Shown one piece after another: positions 27,512-38,215 of a DNA stretch of 64,000 bases. A program made the position numbers and the translations under genes. The notes beneath the pieces are model-generated. The model saw only the letters and a list, made by a program, of their open reading frames with translations, had not been told where the DNA came from and made no database searches. The stretch is from NCBI RefSeq assembly GCF_964213995.1, contig NC_135829.1:17608001-17672000 (forward strand), written 5' to 3'. Position 1 is the stretch's first letter. Each line of letters opens with the position of its first letter. This DNA comes from Mustelus asterias (Eukaryota).

Positions 27512-29064
27512 TCAATTCCAGTCAATGTAATTTTGGTACATCCACGCTGCACATCCTTTAAGGTCAATCTATCCTTTGAGCTCAGGTTCCATTTTGTTTA
27601 TGCCTCTGTGAAGCATCTTGGGATATTTTACTGTCTTGAATGCTAATTCAGTTGTTGTGGTATTTCCTTAAACCCATCAGAGGCCACAACCTGCTGACCC
27701 TCTGTCCAACATTCAGCTTGTAACAATTCAGAACGGTTCCTCTACACTACTGTCGATTTCCACCTAAGCATCCTCATCAATTGGCTTCCACTTCCCCCAG
27801 CAACCCCGTCCAAATACCCCCTCCAAATACCCTCACCCCCACCCCTCCACAGCATCCCTCCCCACCCACTGAGCACAGGTTAATGAGGGCAATGAGGGTT
27901 CGAAATATGCCACAGTAAAGGTGAATTAATAGATTGAGTAAAAAGGTGAATAGATCTAACGCCCCTGCATTAGAGTGTTGTCACGTGTGAGTCAAATGCA
28001 CAACCTGAAGGACTTGAGGTCGGCAGAACTCGTCGACAATGTAGTTTACATTTTAAGAAAACAGACAGTTCCCAGCTGGCAGTGGGAACCTTGTTGCTGA
28101 GCTCCCGGCTCCCGGGGGGGGGGACACTAAATTGCCGGACGCTCCCCAGTCGAATGGGAATTCCGCTTCAGAGAACTGCCGACCAATCAGAGGCTGGCAG
28201 CTACCCACTGTTGGCAGCACCACCGGGCGCCGTGTCTGCTGCTGTTAATCCAACCGAGCCTTCACAAGGGGGTCATCGTGGGGGCCCCTGGAGAAGGACA
28301 AGTGCTGGATGGGATGGGGGCTGTGGGGAGTGGTTTGCCAGGAACTTCAGCCACTGTGGGCCATTCAGTGCCTGTGTTTAGTTTGAGTTCATTGTATTTT
28401 TGCCTCAGTTTTCTCCTCTTGAGGCTCTCACTCTTCCTGTGTGAGCGTGGGTTAGAAATGGCTGCATGTTGTGTGATGTTGGGACCATCACAACCCCACA
28501 CCCTGATCATGTTCAATGTGCATGGGCAAAGCAGGACCAGTAAGCGCAGGAGGAGGCCATTCAGCCCCTCGAGTCTGTTCGTCCTTTCAATGAGACCATG
28601 GTAAATATTCACTGTAACTCCATGTATCTCCCTTTGCCCCAAATCCCTTGGAACCCTTGACTGACCAAATGTTATCTGTCTGTGCCTTGAAGGCTCCAGT
28701 TCTCCCCCAGTGTCCACGGCATTTTGGGACAAACAGTTTCAGGTTTCCACTAGCCTTGGTGGTAAAAAGAATGCTTCTTGATTTCAAATCGAGATGACGA
28801 ATCTCTAATTTTAAGAGTATCTTCCCCTGTTTTTCATCTGTATCGACTCTGTCAAATCATTTTAACATTGGAATGGATAAAGGATTGGTAAACTAACGGG
28901 AAACAATGAAACAGGATAAATGGGATATTTTCAGGTTGGCAAAGAGTAAGTAGTGAAGTGATTGGCAATTCTAAGCTTAAACCCAGTGTCGTAACCTCGC
29001 TGGGGTCAATTGATTTATTCCATTAGATTGGGATAAAATTCCTACTCAGCTCATCATTTCATTA

Positions 29065-29353
29065 TCATTTCAAAGCAATCATTTATTGAGTGACTTCCCA
29101 TCGCATGAGTTGCATGTTGTGTATAATAAGCAGCAGAGCATTGTTCTGTCCATGGCGAGGGTTGGGTGGGGGGCGGAAATTGATCTTCGTAACTTCAGGA
29201 CAATCTGTGAAAGCTGTGGAGTGGCCTATCGCAGGATGGGTGAGAAGATTTCTCTGCTCTTCAAGCAACTTCCACATCACAAGCTGTGAAAACACATCTG
29301 ACATTGAGGGGCTCGGTCACGTCGCTCACACTCACGGTCCCTCTGGCCTCTCT
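29065..29353 (-). other. Ig receptor copy 1, terminal exon (3' UTR, or alternative tail ERGQRDRECERRDRAPQCQMCFHSL* ending 29277)
   Basis: Acceptor ctcttctcttactatccag| at 29354; minus-strand AATAAA at 29087-29082; 3' end approximate. Confidence 0.65.
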
Positions 29354-29506
29354 CTGGATAGTAAGAGAAGAGATCACATTGAATGGGTTCCAGTTCTGGC
29401 CGGGGACAAATAATAAAATGGCACTGTGATGTCACATGGGATAACGGAGCCTTAGATACAGCGCCGACTGGGAGGATTATACTCAAACCTTGAAACTACT
29501 TACATT

Positions 29507-29538
29507 TTAATTCTTGAACTTCACATTTGCCTCTGTCA
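29507..29538 (-). CDS. Ig receptor copy 1, cytoplasmic micro-exon VTEANVKFKN* (exon 29504-29538)
   Basis: ttttctgtattcttag| acceptor and |gtaagt donor 3 nt after TAA; phase-1 entry matches the TM exon. Confidence 0.75.
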
Positions 29539-29679
29539 CTAAGAATACAGAAAACAAAACAGGTGAAATATTTAATAACATATACTTCAAACAATGTCAA
29601 ACATCTGGAAGTGGGATTTGGCATTTTTAAGTCAAGGTTTTCCAAAACTCGATTGATTCAGGAATTATCCCTCTGGATT

Positions 29680-31180
29680 GGAATGCTGCCATTGTTATTC
29701 CATAATTTCAGATGGGTAGGATAGAGAAAGCAGAAAATAATAGACCCGTTAGTCTGATGTCTGTTGTGGGGAAGTTACTAGGATCTGCTACTGGAACTAA
29801 AGATCGAAAGATTTAGGAGCAGGAGTGTAGGCCATTCAGGCCCTTAAGCCTGCTCAGCCATTGGCTGATCTAATTGTGGTCTCAACTCTACTATCCTTTC
29901 TGCTTCATACAACCTCGTCATTCAGGAATCTCTCGAACTCAATGCAAACATGTAAGTTCCTTCTAACAAACCTAGTTTAATTTAATAAGTGGTTCCCTAA
30001 TTTGGTTGATAAGGGAGTGCATTTGGATGTGACCCATGTAGATTTCTAGACAGAACTCAATAAAGTTCCACACAAGAGGCTGTCATCAAAAATAAAGTGC
30101 ATGGAATTGGAGGCAATGACATGAATATGAAATTGGTTAGGAAGTATAGAAGGCAGACAATAGGGACAATAGGTACATAGTCACATTGGCAGGATGTAAA
30201 TATCAGTATCTCCCAGAACCCCAGCATTTCACTCTATTTATAAATGACTTAGATAAAGCAATAGCGACCTGGATATCTGAGCTTGCTGATGACACCAAGG
30301 CACATTAAGTAGTGCAGACTGCAGTCACAAGGGGACATTGATGGATTAAGTGTGTTAGCAAATTGGCAGCGACAGAGTTCAAAGTGGGGAAGTGTAAAGA
30401 CATCATCCACATCGCACCCAAGACTGCTCAGAGTATTTCGAAATGGTGAGAAGCTTAGAACTCTGGAGGAGCAGAGAGGGAATTAGGGTTCATTCATGTA
30501 AATCACTAAAGGTTCGTTGACAGGAACACAAAATGATGAAAAAGGCTGATGGGATGTTAACCCATCTCACAGAGGCTGGAGTACAAAGGGGGAGAAGTTA
30601 TGCTCCAGTTCTGGGCACTGCGCTTCTGGAAAGTTAATTTGATGAACAGAGATTCATCAGGATGCTAAAAGGAATAAATTATGGGGTTGGGCTTGAATAT
30701 ATTAAGTGGTGATCTAATTGAGGTGATTAAGATGTTTTCAGGATTACACCAGGAAGATCGAGAGAAACTGCTACCTCTGCTGTGAGAGTCTAAAATCAGG
30801 AGAGCCATCCGTGAGGTTAGAGCAGGGCTGTACAGAAAGCACATCTAAGGATAATGGAAATCTGGACCTCTTTCCCCAAAGGGTGTTAGTTTGGGGATCA
30901 ATTGAAAATTTCCTCGGTGAGACTGATAGGTTTTCTATGAGGTATATGAAGGGATGTGGAACCAAGGTGAGCGAATGGAGTAAAGATAGAGATAAAATTA
31001 AAATTAAAATTTAATTAAATGGCAGAACAAGCTCGATGGGCTGAAAGGAAAATTGGGCGGGGATCCTGGATTCAGGATTCAATCCTGGACCGGGGAGCGG
31101 CGCGGGCTTGGAGGGCCGAAGGGCCTGTTCCTGTGCTGTATTGTTCTTTGTTCTTTGTTGTCTCCTCCTGTTCCCATGAT
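29680..31180 (+). mobile_element. Old degraded CR1 in receptor intron (paralog ~52520-53870)
   Basis: Remnants of CR1 RT (aatagacccgttagtctg, ttgctgatgacaccaag, gttctgggcac). Confidence 0.65.
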
Positions 31181-31290
31181 CAAGACAAATGAGATGTGTT
31201 AGAATCATGACTTTAAAAATCATCATAATTAGTTGGTATTAAAATACAATTTTCCAGTTTGCAGAAACAGATTTTAAAACTCTTGCTTAC

Positions 31291-31407
31291 CTCTGGCAGA
31301 TTGTTGTCCTCTTCTGATTATGCAGATTACTCCATTAGAGCAAATTAATGCAGCCACATACAAAACCAGGATACCTACACGCATGGAACTGCAACTGGTG
31401 TCAGGAC
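31291..31407 (-). CDS. Ig receptor copy 1, transmembrane exon
   Basis: ttctcctcggtag| ... |gtaagc; 117 nt, phase 1-1; PDTSCSSMRVGILVLYVAALICSNGVICIIRRGQQSAR (hydrophobic helix followed by RR). Confidence 0.85.
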
Positions 31408-31637
31408 CTACCGAGGAGAAGCAACATTAAATTCAGGCTGTGCAATCCAGTGTTCTACATACGGCTCATTGCACTGGCTACCAAACCTTCCCCTCAGAAT
31501 CTAGAATAGTCAATGGCGAAGGAAGGAAATTGAACCAATTTACAACGGGTACAAACTGTACAAACAGACCCAGAATCTCTCAGCTGGAGCTCCTGACATT
31601 GAATGATTCATGTTGCCGATTGTCTTACTTTTTAGAG

Positions 31638-33154
31638 TATCAAGAAGCAGAGGTAATTTTAAGTGTTTGTACCGTTGGATATTAGAAATGAGTTATAGAT
31701 TTACATGAGTTTAGTGTTCCTGTATAAGGAAAGGTAAACCTCCAGTTAGATTCATATTAAACAATGTTTGCTTGTATGGGGGGATTTTTTAGAATCATAG
31801 AATACTACAGTGCAGAAGGAGGCCATTCGGCCCAGTGAGTCTGCACCAAACACAATCCCACCTTATTCCCATAACCCCACATATTTACCCTGCTAATCCC
31901 CCTGACACGAGAGTCTATTTATCATGGCCAATCAACCGAACCCGCAAATCTTTGGATTGTGGGAGAAAACCGAAGCACTCGGAGGAAACCCACCCAGACA
32001 CTGGGAGAATGTGCAAACCCCACACAGACAGGAATTGAACACAGGTCCTTAGTGCTGTGAGGCAGCAGTGCTAACCACTGTGCCACCATTTCAGTTCAAA
32101 CTGTGGTAGCATTATGCTAAGAGAGTTTACAGCGTGTAAAATAGATAAGAGCTTAGAGAAAGAATTAGATGTTGTTTAGCAACCAAGGTTCACTTATAGG
32201 GGAAGAGACCTCACTGTGTTCTTAGTTTAACTGAGCCAGAGTAGAAGGAGCTTAGCAGTGAGAGAGGGAACATCTCTCACTGCTTTGCCAGAAAAAAAGC
32301 CATATAATAGAGTAACGGGCAAGGAAGCAAGTGTCAGAAATCTAAAAACAGCCAGTTAAGGAGGATGAAGAGAAGTCTCCAGGAAGTCTGAAGTTAAAGG
32401 AACAGAGGAAACTGGAACGAGGTTACAGACAGAGTTGAGAAGCTGAAGAGTTTGCTGGTGAAAAACAGAGATATCTGAAATTATTTCAAAGTTTTTGAGA
32501 TTTACTATAGCCTGGAAAGTGACAGTTGAAGCAATTGTGAAGTAATTAGTGACTGGATCTTTTAGCGTTTGTGTGAAAGCTTGAAAGCATTCAAGACAAA
32601 GGAACATTGAAAGGAGAGCTATAAAACCTGGAAGTGAATCCTTGTTGGGAAAAGGTGAAAGAAATAATTGTTTGAAAGAAGATTCTAAAGTGTGTCTTTT
32701 TGAGAGTGGGGTTTGGAATCACTCATGTGGAAGTCAGAGTCCAGTAAGATCAGTTGGCTCATGGTGTGAGAATCATCTGGGGGGATTTGAGAAGAAGTCC
32801 ACAGAAGTTCACTTGGGTGGCGTTTGCCACTTGGTTTCAGAATGGAGTGTGTTTGACCACAGTTAGCCTGTGGTTTAAAGAATTGTGTGTTGAATGAGAC
32901 CATTATAGCATAAGATATATTTTGTAACCTCTGTCATCCTTAAAATCCATGTATATTTGTGAAGATAAGTGGGAATGAAGGAGTATTGTATCATAGTCAA
33001 ACTTTTCATGTTCAATAAATGTTTTTTTGTTGTTAAAAGCTAATTGTTAGTCCTATGACTCTCTTCATTCCCATTTTCTCAAAGATATGTAAAAGTTATG
33101 GTCTTTTGAGCCAAGGTTCCATTTGGGATCTTCCTGTCCAGTAGTGACATACAC
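31638..33154 (+). mobile_element. Solo LTR-like element (V-SINE inserted at ~31789-32088), 3' end shortened
   Basis: Paralog 54326-55859 ends tgtaaca and is flanked by TSD agag; TATA-like 32620-32626, AATAAA 33014-33019. Confidence 0.7.
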
Positions 33155-33168
33155 AGAGACACACTCAC

Positions 33169-33252
33169 TGTTAGTCACTGGAGATATTCCAGATGTTGAG
33201 GTGAGGGCGTCTGGGGATTCACTACTTGAGATTGGACTCCTTGTTAACAGGT
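33169..33252 (-). CDS. Ig receptor copy 1, second Ser/Thr/Pro stalk exon
   Basis: ttatgtttctcag| ... |gtgagt; 84 nt, phase 1-1; DLLTRSPISSSESPDALTSTSGISPVTN. Confidence 0.75.
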
Positions 33253-33398
33253 CTGAGAAACATAACTTTCCAGTTAGAATCTGGAATGATAAATGACGAA
33301 CGATGGAAATTGAACCAGTTTACAACAGGTACAAAATCCCTCAGCTGGAATTATTGATATTAAATGATTTAAATCATATCGTGCATTGTCTGACTGAC

Positions 33399-33878
33399 CT
33401 TCATTATTTGTAGGAGTCTCACTGCTGGTCACTGGAGATATTCCAGATGTTGAGGTGTGAGTGTCTGGAGAGTCTGCACTTTTTGTCACACTGAGGGAGA
33501 TGTTTGCTCTAATCTTCCAGACAGGTTTCCCTGAGACCACACCGTGTACAACACAGAGATAGCTCCCAGTGTCCAACTCCTTCACTGAGTGAATAGTGAG
33601 GTTGTGAGTCTGGATTTTATTTGTAGGACTGTTTGAGCTTTGGTTGGAGATTCTTTGTGATGACTCTTTATCCACACAGCAGCGTGTGTTAGAATGTAAG
33701 CTATAACCCTCAATATGAACAGAGTGCAGACACTTGTTAACATTTCCAGATATGATCCAAAACAGAGTGAAGGGCAGAGATTTTCCATTCTCAAACTGGC
33801 AGGGTAAAGTCACATTCTCTCCCTCTGCTACAGTCAGTGACGAGAAAGTTTCAACAGCAGAAAATACTTCATCCGAAT
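33399..33878 (-). CDS. Ig receptor copy 1, IgV domain (D2) plus stalk exon
   Basis: attgtttctag| ... |gtcagt; 480 nt, phase 1-1; V-set hallmarks GENVTLPC, LFW, NLTI, DTGSYLC; extra Cys at 50, 67, 68. Confidence 0.92.
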
Positions 33879-34029
33879 CTAGAAACAATATTGAAAAGAA
33901 TAATTTTACTCAAATAATCTCCAACGCGGTACTTTGTCAAAGGATTTCCAAAAGTCCATGTTAACTACATTCACTGCATTTCTCCATCTACTTTGTCTGT
34001 TACCTCCTCAACAGTTTATCAAGCACATC

Positions 34030-35083
34030 GGGCAGAATTTTTCGTTCTTTTGTGGCCCGCCAGCTCCACTGCCGGCTTTTCCCACCATAATTTTTGATAC
34101 TTGTTCAAAATAAATCCAGGAGGTGGGTCCCAAATGTCACGCTGGCGGGGCAGCCACTGATTGAACCTGCCCCTCCAGCAACCTCAGACTTCAAGAGACC
34201 CGGCATCTTTCAAACCAAACCAATAAAAATAAGAGGGGATCCCACCGCCCCCCCCCCCCACCTCCACGGACATGGGGAGCCCCCTCCCTCCCACCGCCCT
34301 CCACTTCCACGCAGACACCCCTTCCCAGCGATGCCCCCATCACCAGGGAATACCATCTCCCACAGACCACCCCATTGGAGCCCACTCTCTCCGGCAATTC
34401 CCTCTGGCACTGCAGTGTCAGGAGATGCTGCCAGGACAGTTTCCAGGCATGACCCTCTACCCCCTTGAGGCTGTACTTCCTGTGCACCCAAGGAGGGTTC
34501 TCTTCGCCAGGTCCCTGTTTGCGCCATGGTGGCACAGCCGTTAGAACTGCTGCCTCACAGCGCCAGGGACCCGGGTTCGATTCCCGGCTTGGGTCACTGT
34601 CTGTGCGGAGTCTGCATGTTCTCCCCGTGTCTGCGTGGGTTTCCTCCGGGTGCTCTGGTTTCCTCTCACATTCTGAAAGATGTGCTGTTTAGGTGCATTG
34701 GCCGTGCTAAATTCTCCCTCAGTGTAACCCAAACAGGCGCCACACGGATTTTCGCAGTGGATTTTCACAGTAACTTCATTGCAGTGTTAATGTAAGCCTA
34801 CCTGTGACTGTAATAAATAAACTTTAAAACTTTAAACTGTTTGTCAAAAGCTGTTATAAACCCCACTGAAGCGAGGGGGGAAATTGAAGGGTAAGGGGAT
34901 ACTAGAGTGGGAAGCCCGTTAATGAGATTAAAATGTGTGGCAATGGGATTCCCGACCTTTCATGGCAGGAACTAACATCACAGACGGGAAATCCCGACTG
35001 CGTAAAAGCCATTTGGGGACTCCCGTTGATTCTCCGGCCCCACCGCCATTCCCACTGACCAAAAACGGGGGAAAATCCTGGCC
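34030..35083. mobile_element. GC-rich MITE-like repeat with V-SINE inserted at ~34525-34836 (paralog ~56730-57806)
   Basis: Imperfect terminal inverted repeats gggcagaattttt / aaaatcctggcc; non-coding. Confidence 0.45.
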
Positions 35084-35276
35084 ATCATCTTTGGAATCTG
35101 TCGGTTGCGTCTCAATTTTTACTCTTTATTTACATGCTTGATAATTTCATCTCCATAAAGAATCTATAATTGTCTCGAATGGCAGCTATCTGTCCTAATA
35201 CCTCCCCTAATATCTCAGCTTAAATCGTCCCAACGTCCCGCTGTGATAATTCCCCCGATATCTCCAGTTCACTCAC

Positions 35277-35675
35277 CGTCCGGGTTTATCACAAAGAACA
35301 AGTTGTGGTTTTCACATCCCTCCCCTGTCAGGGTTTTCCAGTTTGGACATTTTGATGATTCTGTGGAATCCTGAACCGTGCAGGTAAATATCATCGAATC
35401 ATCACATAGCATCACAGCGAATGTCAGTGAATTCATTTCACCTCCATTTCTTTTGCATGTTTGACACTGCAGCTTCTCTTTCTGTTTCTCATGATCGATA
35501 TTTTCACAATCCTGCATTTTCTTCGCTCCTGTCTCACATTGTATTTTCTCAATTTCTGCTCCAGCACTGAAATCCCGAATGCTGCACAAGGTTCCGACAT
35601 TCCCAGCACCAGTGGGTGTGTTGCATTGCAGAGTGGTGACATCTCCTGATCCTCGAAAATGGACATAGGTGGATC
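35277..35675 (-). CDS. Ig receptor copy 1, Cys-rich atypical Ig domain (D1) exon
   Basis: ccttatccctgcag| ... |gtgagt; 399 nt, phase 1-1, open frame; GDVTTLQC ... SLTF ... DDSMIFTC; 10 Cys. Confidence 0.85.
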
Positions 35676-36007
35676 CTGCAGGGATAAGGACAGAATTGGA
35701 TGGAGATAAACAACATTCCATACAGGAAAGATAATTAAACCTTAATGTTCATCAAAGCCTCGCACAGTAAGTGAGTCTGATTTAGAGATTCCCCCATCAC
35801 ACAGTCTGGATAGAGACACCCCTTCCCCCTCCCCACATTATTACACTGAGTCTAAAAACTCTCACACATGGGAGAAAGAGGATGGTTGAAGTTGTTGACG
35901 GAAGGCCAATCTTCAAATGCTTCATCAATCCCCTTCCCTCCATCATAAGTTACATGTGGGACTGTGACTGATGATTACACAATGTTCATTCTCCAATCAC
36001 TATTGAG

Positions 36008-36592
36008 TATTTGAGTATAGGAGTAAGGATGTCTTGCTGCAGTTGCACAGGGTCTTGGTGAGGCCACACCGTGAGTATTGTGTGCAGTTTTGGTCTCCTA
36101 GTCTGAGGAAGGGCATTCTTGCTATTGAGGGAGTCCAGCGAAGGTTCACCAGACGGATTCCCAGAATGGCAGGGCTGACATATGAAGAGAGACTGGATCG
36201 GCTGGGCTTGTACTCACTGGAATCTAGAAGAATGAGAGCGGATCTCATAGAAACATATAAAATCCTGATGGGACTGGACAGGCTGGATGCAGGAAGAATG
36301 TTCCCGATATTGGGGAAGTTCAGAACTAGGGGTCACAGTTTAAGAATAAGAGGTAAGCCATTCAGGACCCAGATGAGGAAGAACTTCATTCAGAGAGTTG
36401 TGAACCTCTGGAAGGGCCAGTTCGTTAGACATGTTCAAGAGGGAGCTGGATGTGGCGCTGGTAGTTAAAGGGTATGGAGAGAAAGCGGGAGTGAGATACT
36501 GAAAGTGCATGATCTGCCAGGACCATATTGAATGGTGGTGCAGGCTGAGGGGCCGAATGGCCTTCTCCTGTAGCTATTTTCTATGCTTCTAT
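36008..36592 (+). mobile_element. CR1 3' fragment (paralog ~58733-59313)
   Basis: ORF 36034-36468 LVRPHREYCVQFWSP...DLIETYKI. Confidence 0.88.
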
Positions 36593-36759
36593 TCCTCAGA
36601 TACTGAAGCAGTCCTTTCCCACATGAAGTAAGACCGACAGAACGTTCAGGCTTGGGCTGATAAGTGACACACGATATTCACATCACACAAGTGTCTGGAA
36701 AATGACTAACTCCAAAAAAAAGAGAGAATTCTTTCCTTCCAAAAGGTGTTTGATACAGA

Positions 36760-38215
36760 GCCACAAAACTGCTTTGTGAGCAGCTCCAGGAATAAGAGGG
36801 ACTTCAGCAACATGGAGACGGAATTGGCTGAGCGACAGAGAACAGCGAGCAGTGATTAATGGATGTTTTTCTTGCTGGAGGGAGGTTTGTGGTGGAGTTG
36901 TCCAGGGGTCAGTGTTGGAACCGTTGCTTTTCCCGATATCTATTGCTGACCTATAACTGGGTGGACAGGGCACTATTACAAAGTTTGCAGATGATCCAAA
37001 ATCTGGAAACTTTGTGAACTGTGAGGAGGAGTATCAAACTTCAAAAACACGTAGACAAGTTGGTGCCGTGGGCAGACGGGTGGATGATGCAGTTCAATGC
37101 GGAGAAGTGTGAGGTGATTCAATTTGGTAGCAAGAACATGGAGAGACAATGTAAAATAAAGGTTACAACAGTAAAATGGATGCAGGAGCAGAGGGAGCTG
37201 GGAGTATATGTACATATATCATTGAAGGTGGCAAGGCAGTTGGAGAGCAGTTAATAAAGTATACAGCAACCTGGGCTTTATTAATAATGGCATAGAGTCC
37301 AAGAGCAAGGAGGTGATGTGGAATTTCTATAAGACGCTAGTTTGGCCTCAGTTGGAGTATTGCTTCCAGTTCTGGGTGCTGCACTTTCATAGAATCATAG
37401 AAACCCTACAGTGCAGAAAGAGGCCATTCGGCCCATCGAGTCTGCACCGACCACAATCCCACCCAGGCCCTCTCCCCAGATATTTACCCACTAATCCCTC
37501 TAACCTACACATCCCGGGACACTAAGGGGAAATTTAGCATGGCCAATTAACCTAACCCGCACATCTTTGGACTGTGGGAGGAAACCGGAGCAACCGGAGG
37601 AAACCCACGTAGACATGAGGAGAATGTGCAAACTCCACCACAGACAATGACCCAAGCCGGGAATCGAACCCAGGTCCCTGGAGCTGTGAAGCAGCAGTGC
37701 TAACCACTGTGCTACCATGCCGCCACTTTAGGAAGGATGCGATGGCATTGGAGAGAATGCAGAATATTCATAAGAATGATTCCAGGGATGATGAAGATAG
37801 ATTGAAGAAGTTGGCATTGTTTTCCTTGGAGAAGAGAAGGCTGAGAGGAGATTTGATCGAGATGTTCAAAATCATGAGGGGTTTGCACAGTGTAGATAGG
37901 GAGAAACTGTTCCCACTCATGGAAAGATCGAGAATGAGGGGACACATTTAGAGTAATTAGTAAAAGAAGCAAACTGATACGAGGAGAAGCTTTTCATGCA
38001 GTGAGTAGTTAAGGTCTGGAATGCACTGTCTGAGAGTGTGGAGGGGGCAGTTTTATTGAAGCATTTGGAAAGGAATTAGACTGTTAACTGTAATGGAAGA
38101 TAGTGCAAGGTTACGGCGAGAAGGCAGAGGAATGGTATTAGGTGAGATACTCATTCAGAGAACCGGTGTGGACAGAATGGGCCGAATGGCCTCCTGCACC
38201 GTTACAATTCTGTGA
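36760..38215 (+). mobile_element. Degraded CR1 RT/3' fragment with V-SINE inserted at 37388-37723 (copies in each array unit)
   Basis: MQFNAEKCEVIQFG, RRLRGDLIEMFKIM remnants; SINE flanked by TSD cacttt. Confidence 0.85.

Noticed and set aside
33274-33888. 204-aa ORFs (also 55975-56589) as single-exon genes
   Set aside because: They start and end in introns; splice sites delimit a 480-nt exon within a multi-exon gene.
33399-35675. Rearranging Ig, TCR or IgNAR V segments
   Set aside because: I see no heptamer-spacer-nonamer RSS next to the exons, no FGxG J motif and no C1 domain; the G strand and stalk are encoded in the same exon.
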